Assembly: GCA_013239625.1 (NCBI GenBank)
Contig: MU053994.1
Location: 2,609,589-2,673,588, forward strand
Length of the DNA: 64,000 nucleotides
Direction: 5' to 3'
Source: Lama guanicoe
Lineage: Eukaryota
Of this stretch, positions 24,208 through 34,329 are shown one piece after another. A model generated the notes under the pieces. That model worked only from the letters and a program-made list of their open reading frames with translations, did not search any database and was not told where the DNA came from. The position numbers and the translations under genes are program-made. Position 1 is the stretch's first letter, and every line of letters begins with the position of its first letter.

Positions 24208-24929
24208 CTTTAAAATAAAACAAAACAACTCTTAATGAACCAACATATTTGAAAGAATATTTCACAATTTATTTCATCTGAGCTAAAATATGAATCAATC
24301 TTTGTTTATAACCATTACAATGAAATGAACCACTTAAAATATGAATTACTGTCTGTCACATTTTGTATACCATCTGCCTATGCTTTATTTTCTACCTCAG
24401 AGTAATAAATCCAATAGAATGCTTAAGCAACAAACTGAATTTTAAAATTAATTTTATATTCCAGTAAAAGTTGTTTACTAAAGTATATTAAATTCACAAA
24501 TATAAACTTACTATACAGAAGTTAACTGGGTTACAAAGGGGACCAAATTATGGTTTGAAATTGAAATTATGAATTATGAATGAGTAACCTTTTTGGTAAG
24601 AGAAAGGAAGTGAAACAGCTCTTTACCAAAGCTTGAAACTGTATTATTTCTACAAAAACAAGGGCCCATTTCCCATTTTGCAAGAGCATAATTTAAAAAA
24701 TTTAATAAAGGGCTTAACTATGCAACTCCTTACCAAACTAATTTCAATGAGAAACTTAGATATTAAATTATCCAAACAAAGTTAAAGAAAGTAAGTTGAG
24801 TACTGAAAATAAAAGCTAGAAGGTCTGTCCATATCTATTTTTATGCCATACCCAGTACAATGCTTTCCTCCCAATACTTCTCAGTATTTTTATCATCTCC
24901 TCATAAAGCCTTAAGAGCTTTATAAAAAG

Positions 24930-25330
24930 CTTTATGTTGTCAATCAGTGTGTTAGCTAGACCTCTCAACTTCATGTCAGCTACACAACCAATAATCATAT
25001 CTTTCATGGTTTACCTTAAGACACTAAAAAAATATTCCACTGGCCAGGACTGATGACAGGCCCTAGCAAGACATCAACCTCCCTCCAAGTGGACTCTGAC
25101 ATATTGATCTTAGTACCGCTAGATCCAACCCACATCTCTGCATCTCACCAATAGCAACACCATGATGCAATGCACCAAAACGAACATTTTTGCTGAAGCA
25201 AAATCCTGACTGAAGACTACAGAATCTAGCTTCTACTGAGAGCATACGTAGCCCATAAACATCCCGAAAGCCTTCCTTAAGATTCAGCCAGCAATATGCT
25301 TATTGGTAGTATAAAGAGAAGAATCAAAGA
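24930..25330 (-). mobile_element. CR1/L3 LINE reverse transcriptase remnant
   Basis: Minus-strand STWREV..LLGPVISPGQWNIF and IIGCVADMKLRGLANTL resemble CR1 RT W.EV.SGVPQGSVLGP.LFNIF and KFADDTKLGG.ANTL. Confidence 0.65.
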
Positions 25331-26520
25331 CACAGATACAACTATGATTCTTTGCCAGTGCCTGTGATGGATCCTTAGAGATAAAACAAGCAGAGAGCAT
25401 CACAGGTAAGACTGGGACGCAGCAGAAATGTTAAATGTACACTAAGATCTGGTAGTCGCCTCAGTGCTAAGAGCCTCGGTGCTGTCATTCTAACTCAGCA
25501 ACAGCTTATGGAGGATGTCAGGCCTCTTCTCCTCTCCCAGAGCAAACATATTTGTATATTATTAATTCAGTCTGCCAGATGAGCTCCTCTACTGGAAAGG
25601 AGATGTCCCCCTTTGGAAACTATTTTAACATATTTTTTTCTTGACACCACACTGTCTCAAGTGATAGGCAGCATGAATTGGTTTCCCAAGGCACAGTTTC
25701 CCTTCTTACCCCAGAGTGGACAGAGCAAATCCTGATTTTCATTTCCTTCCTTTAAAAGGGACCAGCCAAACCATAACACAGCTATGCTTCAAGCATCTCT
25801 TTCACCTCTATCTTTTCAATCTATGTCTAATTCTAACAGAAAGGTCATGGGGGTGGGGGTGGGGTGGAGCTTAGTCACTAATAAATGCTAAAATCCACCC
25901 TAGTGACTTGGTATTTTTAAAAAAAAAATCAACCAAGGAGCATAAATAGTGCTAAACATAAAGTCATGTGGCCTACATTTAGCCACAATTTAAATCTCCA
26001 TCACCTAACTTCTTTGAAATCTTAATTGATCTTGTTCCACTGGCCTATGGAAATACACTAGTGTTTAGTTATGTCTTATGCCCCAAACTCCAACTGAATC
26101 AAAATTCTCCCATCTATAGAACAGCAATAACAGTAGGCAAATGTCCATTCTCCGAAGATACCTAATAGTATCATCGTAGCAAATGGAAAATTAGTAGCCA
26201 GGTTTCTAAAGTCAGTCTCTTCCTCAGCTTTCTCCATTAAGTTCTGTATCTTCTACATCTTCCTAACCTCCTCAGGCACTTGACCTGGCTAGTGATTCAA
26301 TAAGGATTTCTAGAACAGAAGGTCAAGAGCTGGTCTCATACCAAGAATCGTCAAGGATGAGGAAATTATACTTCCCAGGGCTCCTTAAACAAATGGGCTT
26401 ACGTTTCCTATCCACAGCCCTATCACCCATACCTACACATACCTCCTCCCACACTCTCACACACAGACACCCAGAGATGTATCAAAACAGACAAAGACTT
26501 AAGGTTTTTTTCATACTCAC

Positions 26521-26547
26521 CTTTCCACATCAGATTTCCTTGGCAGT
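26521..26547 (-). CDS. MED14: MED14 exon 2 (27-nt microexon)
   Basis: Long T-rich tract +TAG|ACTGCCAAGGAAATCTGATGTGGAAAG|GTGAGT; encodes LPRKSDVER. Confidence 0.96.
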
Positions 26548-28374
26548 CTAAAAAGAAAAAAAAGAAATTGACTAAATATATGCATAACTTCATCAAAATA
26601 TAATGTTCTTTGACTCTATTAAATACCTCAGTATTTCAGAAAAACGAATAAACTACAGGTTTGTGTGGCTCCCTACTCTATTTTTATGAGTTTCCAACAA
26701 TACAGCTACAAAGGAAAAACTAACAAAGGAACATTACTCTCCATTCAAAGTGCTTCAAAAGATATTACAATGAACCTCAAACACTTAAAAAGCCCAAGTC
26801 TTATATTAGCACACTATATCATAGAGTCAGAGAAAATACTCTTTTAAGACCAAAATGGTCACGGATGCAAGGTACTACCTAGTCACCAGCCTCCCCATAT
26901 TCCATGGAACCTTGCTTCCAAGCACTAATCCCTCCATGTTTTGTTATGGAAGCTAAACACACAAAAGGGCAGCATGAGCCAAGGGCTGTACGGTAATCAT
27001 GATGTCGCCTGGTAGATGCAAATGATTACTTTTAAAAAGCTCCAGGAAGGTTTTTGCTAATTCTCCAGAACTAGCCAGCAACCAGTGTCACGGTTTTCCT
27101 TGATAAACTACATCATTTAACATTCTTGCATCCATCCATGCTTAGAAAGGTCCTGATCTGCTTTAAACCTGAACTCTAAAGCCTCTCCTACATCTAATCA
27201 ATTCTTGAAGAATACACACTGAGTGCTTAGACCCTCTTCTCCCACCCACATGCCACAGGTGCAGAAAAACTAAAACCACCTCCAGAGATTCAAGGTACAA
27301 GGAGAGTAAACTGTTAAAATGAGCTCTGGCTTATTGTTACCTACAATTCTTAGGGTAGACAGTGGGATGGAAGCTCAGGTTACGACCCAAGTGATAAAAG
27401 AAACTAGGTAGGGGCTGCAAGGGCCAGCGGATCAGAGAATGAAGCAGCAATTAAGGTCGCCTTATAAGACTGCAAGTACAAGCAGCTACTGGCAAGTTCC
27501 TACACATATGAAAGATCCAGAAAACACTCCTTGAGAAGCCACAACCCTTGTCCCCAAGGGAAGGAGACAATGAGAACCACGGATACTTGTGTGTATGTGA
27601 GAGAAAGAGAGAAACTGAAGAACAAAGCCTTTGGGAGAGGGATCACTGTTTCAGCTGTTACCCACTGTCCCAGAGACCCTAAGAGGATCATCTCTTGTCA
27701 AACGCTGTATCATTTCAGGGATAAAGGATAGGCTTTGCTGCCTGCATCCCTTTCCCCTCAATTCCTCCTAATCTATTTAAAATTCCTTTATGGATGACAA
27801 AGTCACCACTTGGGGCAAAAGCCCTAAAGTGCAAATCTTTGGAAGAAGTAAGTCCAGAACCCTTACTTACACCAAAGTGTGATAAGACAAGTTTACATGA
27901 CTGAGATCCCGGCATTTTCTGATTGTAATTAAAAAAAGTTTTTAAAGAGTAAAATCTAAGTCTCTAAGAAGTTATGGCAGAATGTAAAGTCTAAGATGAC
28001 AGCATGTGTGGTGGGGGGTAGGGTGGGGGCAGGGAGAGAAGGAAGTGAACAGGCAGAAGGAAAAAAATAGAAATCTGGGGCCAAAAACAAATAACCTAAA
28101 ATCGTCAAGGGTGCCCTTTTTACTTTAAACAGTCCACAGACAAGCATCAAATGTGGCAGAAATAAGACTCAAAGTATACCGTGAACACTGGTTTTACATT
28201 AATACATTAAGCGGGACAGTTTCTACCTGGAACAAGGAAAAATACATGAATTAGGAACTTCCAAGGTAAATTCCCAAACCAATTTTGGTTACCATAAATC
28301 AAAAGAGAAAAGTTATTTTACATACCTATGTATCCAGAGCAACAGTGAATTTTCCCCTTACGTTCTCCATGGTC

Positions 28375-29450
28375 TACAATGACAATTGTCCTGACTATGT
28401 GCCAGTTATTGTTCTAAGCCCTGGGGAAAGCAGCAAACAACTCAGAATTTCTGTCCTCATAGAGCTTCCAGAGGGGAGGAGACTGACAATAAACTAAGGA
28501 TGTTTGGCAAGTGGTAAGTGTTATAGAGAAAACCAAAGCAGTGAGTAAGAATGATAGGTTGAAGGGGCAGAGTACTTCTCATGGGTAATTACAAAAAAAG
28601 TCTTTCTGATAAATTACACCTGAACAAAGATCTAAAGGAACTGTGAAAGCAAACCACACAGATTTCTAGAGGAAGAGCAAAGGCTCTAAGTTAGAGTGTG
28701 CCTGACCCTGTCAGGAAACATCCATAAAAGTAGCGCGGCTGAAACAAAATATGCAAGGAGGAGAATATGAGAAATGAAGTTAAAAGGGGTAAGGGAGAGA
28801 AGACACATCATGTAGGACCTTAAAGGTAGACCACAGTCTTGGTTTGCTCAAGATAGTCCCTGTTTATGCCTGTTGTTCCAACACTGTTATTAATAACATC
28901 ACCTTTCATGCTCAAAAGTGTCCTGATTTGGACCACAAATTTTATGGTCACTCTCTATATAGGTGACTATAAAAAGTTTTTACTCTAAGTAGGATGAGGA
29001 ACCAATGGAGAGTTGGGAGCAAAAAAGTTTTTAAAAGATCATCCTGGCTATTTTATGGAGGAAAATCTATAGACAGGCAAGGGTAGCAGCAGAGGTACCA
29101 GTTAGCCAACCACTGCAGTAACATGGGCAAAGGGTTAGTACTTGATGGAAATGTTGAAAATCGGTCAGATCCTGAAGTCAGAGATGACAAGACTTGCTGA
29201 TGTACTGAGTGTGGGACTGGAAGAAAAAGAAGCCAAGAATTACTTCAAAAGTTCTGGCCTAGGCATTGACAGGAAGAATGGAGACACTATTTAGTGAGGC
29301 AGGAGAGTTTTGGGGGGGGGGGTGGGATGGAATCAGGAGTTTGGTTCTGGACTGGGGCCACTGAAATGTCCATTAGATACTTATATGTAGGCATCTGGAC
29401 ATTGAGTCTGGAGTTCAGAGGAGAGGTCTCGGCTGGAGAATCATCATATA
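28375..29450 (-). mobile_element. L2 LINE fragment
   Basis: 'ctatgtgccag', 'gtctggagttcagaggagaggtc', 'gacttgctgatg' L2 motifs. Confidence 0.75.
28821..28955. mobile_element. MER81-like hAT-Blackjack MITE nested in L2
   Basis: 'gtccctgtttatgcctgttgt..ctcaaaagtgtcctgatttgg..atggtcactct' resembles MER81. Confidence 0.7.
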
Positions 29451-30649
29451 AAGGGTGAGGGCTAAAACTACATACTTATTCTACAGCAATAAAATAAATG
29501 TTCCTCTCGTCATAACTAAGCACTAAAACAGTCAGAACAACACAATATAATTCAAAGAATTTCTATGGAAATGCTCTATGGAAAAATAAATCACACAAAT
29601 TACACAACCACTGATAGCAGCAATTTTCAACATTTTTCCATAGCTATCCATAGGACACGTGACCTTCACATACATGAAATTTTCTCACGCATACTTCTAA
29701 ATTCTTATGAAATCCAACAGTAAATGGTGCGGAGAAGTATATTACCACAATAAACCCTAATCATGACAGCTATTTAAGTTTCTCATTAGACAGGGGTAAG
29801 CTTCTTTCCGTCCCATTCAATAAAGTACAGTACATCAAAATTCTGAGAATGATGTTTTACAGGAATAAGTGGAATCTACTATAATTCTTTTAGTCATCCG
29901 CAAACAAATATTTTAAAAGTCTCTGGCAACAAATTACTGTTGACACTTCACAGCCTAATACCTACATACTAGTGTATTTCAAATGAAAACACTGATCTGG
30001 AGTCTAGCAATAGATAAAAGATAAGAAACCAATCTAGATGAAAACTAGTAATTCTTACTTTTTCTGAAGCTGAATATAAAAATTTAAAACAGTAATTAGA
30101 GTATATATACCCCTAAATTTTATAGCGCCTTTTCTTACATACCCCAAATCATTACAGTGTATTCTGAGCCTTCTGAAGGGATTAACACCCTAATCATGTC
30201 CCAAGGCATTCCTCTGGCAACTTGGTGATTTATAAACTCCCTTCATATCCCAAGAGACAGTAACAGTAGGCCAGTTACAAAAAACCTTTACTTACACTAA
30301 ATGCGTTAACACTTCCGTCTCAAACGTTCCAGAAAAACACACAAACTTGGAATCCAAACATTTTTAATTATTTTATACACAACACATCTCCTGAGCTCAT
30401 ACTTTTGTCAGAAGCAATTACAGATTACATTTAAAATGTACTGTAAAAGCCTGTAAAACAATTTTCCATCTTTAGAATTTAAGGTCTAATGGTATATATT
30501 CCTAAACCCTAGTCTTCAGCTCTGAGCTAAAAAGCTTCCAGCCAAGAAATCAATAGGGTTCAACTGGCAAATCGAGCAAAAATCCCGAAGTTGGGCTTTT
30601 CAGAGAAGTCTAACATGCATAATTAACAAGCCTCGGTTGTTTCACCTCC

Positions 30650-31850
30650 AGAAAGACCCCAAATGCAAAGCTTCTCCTCCACCCCCGCCGAGCACCAAGA
30701 CTTCAGATATTCTAGACTAAGCAGCCCAGCGGAGAGGAGAAAGCAGCAGCCTCTTGGGGAGAAGGAGGTGCGAACCTCTCAGCCAGTTGGGCGGGAAGCG
30801 GGGACTGGGGAGCAGGCACGGATTTCGCGGCACTTACAGGTCCGTCAGCACCATGAGCTCCGAGTAGGCCCGGTGCAGCAGAAATTCGATGAGGGTGCTC
30901 AGCCGGTAGCCAGGGCTAGCCGCGGCCGCAGCGGCCGCCGCCACGGCGGCTCCCGGAGGAGGAGGCGCCGGGGCTGACGCGGGGCCACCGCTGCCCCCGC
31001 CGCCGCCTCCGGGCGGGACCAGCTGGTGGTTCTCCAGCTGCACTGGGGCCATGGCGGCGCAGGGCCGGGCTTGGCGCAGCGGCACCAGATGCGGCCCTCG
31101 AGCCTCCCTCCCGGGCGCTCGGTCACCGCGCCGAAGTGGGCGCGGGCGGAGTCGCCGCCGCCTACAGCCTGGCCGCCTCTGAACAGGAAGCCGTGCGCCG
31201 GCCGCGGAGGCCCGCCCCCATGTAGCGACGAGCCCGCCGGCCCCAGGGACGGGGAGGGGCGGGGAGGGCGGGGAAGCGGAGAGGCAGCCGCAGAGAAGCT
31301 GCGCCTCCGCAACCGGTCAGAGGCCACTCCGCCAGGCAGCCGCAGCGTCCATGTTGACGGCCCAAAGCGGAAGTCGTTAGGCAGAACGGAAGGGGAACCA
31401 AAGGGGGACTTCCGACAGCAACCGCTGCCTTTTCTCCCGGCTGTTGGGCGCCAGGACGCTGGGGGGCGCGTGGGAGTGGGGCGGGGTCGGCGCGCGGGCA
31501 GGAAAAGCGGAAGCGGGGACCGCGCGCCACCGGAAGTGGGTGTGAGGGCGGAGCCGGCGTCCTCACCGTGAACGTCAGCAGTTGCCTCGCCCTTGCTCTC
31601 GCCGCCCTTGCCCTCGCCTCCCTCCGAGGTTTAAAAAGCACCAATTTACGCTGAGGTGTCGATCCGCGCTCCTCTGGTGGGTGCAACTTGGCCGAGGAGG
31701 CCTCTCCATCCCAGACAGATGTTCGTGATTTGTGGTTCTGGAATCACGAAGAAATTGTTGCGGCTGCGCGCTTGTGACGTCTCGCCTCCCACAGTCTGCC
31801 CATGCGCCTTTCGTGGGACAGAAGACGTTTCCGTCATTGTTTTTTTTTTT
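30650..31850. promoter_or_regulatory. CpG island / MED14 promoter
   Basis: Very GC- and CpG-rich against an AT-rich background. ETS/GABP-type motifs GCGGAAGT 31367-31374, ACTTCCG 31408-31414, GCGGAAGC 31507-31514, CCGGAAGTG 31530-31538; GC box GGGGCGGGG 31478-31486; CRE-like TGACGTC 31775-31781. Confidence 0.9.
30838..31052 (-). CDS. MED14: MED14 coding exon 1 (215 nt)
   Basis: gccgccATGG Kozak start at 31052; MAPVQLENHQLVPPGGGGGGSGGPASAPAPPPPGAAVAAAAAAAASPGYRLSTLIEFLLHRAYSELMVLTDL; donor CT|GTAAGT. Confidence 0.98.
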
Positions 31851-32144
31851 TTAAACTGTGGGAAAAGATGGGAGAAAATATAATTGGCGGGTAGGAGCAG
31901 GGCCACTGGCAGAATAACTTCACTTTAATGGGCTTGGATATATGCTGAGCTCATTACCAACCCCCCCAATCCCGTCAGTTCTACCACAGAACAGCCCTTA
32001 AATCGTCTATCGCTGATTCTCACTTGGTTCTTGTCCCTGATCTTGAAGTAGTCGCCCTGTCTTTCAAGGACTTTCAGTTCATCTTCTATGCCCTACCACC
32101 ACTTCCCCCTCAAAATCCACGTTTAATATTTTGCTTCTGGCTTA

Positions 32145-32315
32145 AAGCGGTGATTCTCAACCTTTCATGCACGTTGGAATCATGGTGCCGGGGATGGTGG
32201 GATGACGTGGGTGGCTTTGAAAAATACTTACGCTACCCACATAGATTAGGCTCTAATTGGTCTGGGCGTCAGGATTTTTAAAAGCTTCCTAGGTGATTCT
32301 AATGTGCAACTGTTT
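32145..32315. mobile_element. MER5-like hAT-Charlie MITE
   Basis: 'ttctcaacc..ttggaatca', 'ttttaaaagcttcctaggtgattctaatgtgca'. Confidence 0.7.
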
Positions 32316-33468
32316 AAAAGCGTCAATTGCTGCGACCCTTTGCAAACATCTCTTTGCAGGTTCCTATTTGTAACTTAGGCGCAAGAGATGCACTTCCTGT
32401 TCCCTAAGGTTAAAATACTCTCATTCATGTCCACTTGTGTAATTCTTAGTCATTCTTGAAGACCATTCATCTGTCTTCTAAAGGTGTAACCTTTGGAGTG
32501 TAATTAGTCACTTGTTCCCTCTTTTGTGATCCTAAAGCACATTTACACACACAATACCATCATAGTACTCTTCAAAAGACATTAGGATTACTTGTACCCC
32601 CAACAGGTACAGTTACAGGAGGGCAGATAACCTTCCCTAAGATTCATCCCTATGCTGCTACCTCAGGTAACAAACACCTTTTTTTTAAGTTAGCTAGAAT
32701 CGTACCATTTCTTTTGCAATTGTTTTGATTTGTTTTATAGAAGGTTCTTTTTTCTTTTTGAAAACTATTGACTTCAGTTAAGCCCTGGTGGTCACATACA
32801 CACAAAAGATAGGTGGTTGTACAAGACGGTCCTTAAGGTCTTTTCTGACACAGACTGAATTCAATGTGATGTTGGTAAGATTTTAATTATGCCTTATTGC
32901 ATATATTAAACACAGTTATACACCGTGTCTTTTGGAATTAACTATTTGGCAGTAAGGTTCTACCTAGAGTACAACCAACTTGCAAATAAAAGAAAAAAAA
33001 TGGGTGGATGAGGGTTGTTTTAGAAAAGAGAAATTTTCATCCACATCCATGAGGTTAGATTTTATTGAAATTTTTGTGAGTTTGAATAGATATCTTTAAA
33101 AATTAAAAAGTATTAGTTATTGAAAAGGATAGCCTAACAGAAAATAGGATTAAAATACAGGAATAGGACTGTAAGACGATGTGCTTGAATTGTTGAAGAT
33201 CAGGGAGGTAATTTAAATGAAAGCTCCTGAAAGAGGCAACAGCCCCCTCCCAATCTATAGCCAATGGATAGTATAGCCAATAGGCAAATATAGGAACTGC
33301 TAATAGAAGAAATGAGTAAGGAAGGAGAGAAAATGTTTGGCTGAGTTACTAAAGGAATGGCTCATATCCAAACCACTTTTGGAAATAGTGTAATTTGTCA
33401 TTTTAAAGCCTACAGTACAATGTTTGCCATTGCAGTACAAGTACCTAATTCTTTCATTCACACTTTTC

Positions 33469-33604
33469 TTAATTAATCTTTTTTTTTTGGCAGGGAGGAG
33501 GTAATTAGGTTTATTCATCTATTTATTTAATGGAGGTACTGGGGCTTGAACCCAGGACATCAAGCATGCTAAGTATACTCTCTACCACTGAGCTACGCTC
33601 TCCC
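33469..33604 (-). mobile_element. tRNA-derived SINE (camelid Vic-1-like)
   Basis: 'ggaggtactggggcttgaacccaggac..ctctaccactgagctac'; approximate TSD TCATTCACACTTTTC / TCATCGCACTTTTC. Confidence 0.87.
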
Positions 33605-33844
33605 TCATCGCACTTTTCAATTGTTCCTCTATTTGGTCATCACCAGATTCTATCACACCTCAGATAGTTTTAGAATTAGCAGCGTGATATTTCCTCAGCT
33701 CTTAAATCAACATAAACACTTCAGATCTTTCATGAATTCAATCTGATTTTAATAAAAGGAACAGATTGATTGCAAAACATGGAGAAAAAAGGAGAATATT
33801 TCCTTTTAAGCCATTTTAGTGGAAAAAGAAAATTTTGATACATA

Positions 33845-34077
33845 CAGGGGTGATTCTTGAACAATGGAAGTGTTAGGGGCACAGACCCTCTTCGCAGTCA
33901 AAAATCCATGTATAATTTATAGTTGGCCCTTCTTAACTGGAATTCCTCTGTATCTGTGGTTCCACGTGGCAGAGTCAATCAACCTCAAATTGTGTAGTAC
34001 TGTAGTATTTATTGAAAAAAAATCCATGTATAAATGGACCCATGCAGTTCAAACCCATGTTGTTCAAGGGTCAACTG
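33845..34077 (-). mobile_element. Tigger2-type MITE (Tc1/mariner)
   Basis: TIR 'gttgttcaagggtcaactg', degenerate left copy, TA TSDs at 33843-44 and 34078-79. Confidence 0.85.
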
Positions 34078-34329
34078 TAGTTTCATTTTGAAACATACAG
34101 CTGCCCCTCAGACCCAAAAGACTGGGAAAAGAATTGAAAAGTAATTTTTTCTTTCTTTTTAAAAAATAAGATATTACAATAAACCCCTCCAAAACAGAGA
34201 GCAAAAGCAATAACTACATTCACTTAACAGATGCTCCATTTATAGTGAAGTTGAGGGAAGGAACTTGCAATACTGAGTTTGGTCTGACCAACCTAAAAGA
34301 AATGAGAACACTTTAATGGCTTTGCACAT

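Larger units (their letters stand above)
1..31052 (-). other. MED14: MED14 gene body, coding exons 1-15 (gene continues beyond left edge)
   Basis: Fifteen exons splice into one open frame of 660 codons from MAPVQLENHQLVPPGG to ...[14 protein letters not shown], matching the N-terminal ~45% of mammalian MED14 as I recall it. Exon lengths 215,27,106,174,130,129,108,133,151,112,126,79,160,195,135 keep phase throughout. Confidence 0.98.

Noticed and set aside
31083..31088. In-frame CTG/GTG 11-12 codons upstream of the MED14 ATG as alternative starts
   Set aside because: Weak context (C at -3) next to an optimal gccgccATGG; no supporting evidence
30663..31906. Long ORFs on both strands in the CpG island (e.g. 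31026..31571 +, 31162..31686 -, 30899..31327 -)
   Set aside because: Expected from stop-codon scarcity in GC-rich DNA; low-complexity R/G/P/A products with no recognisable domain
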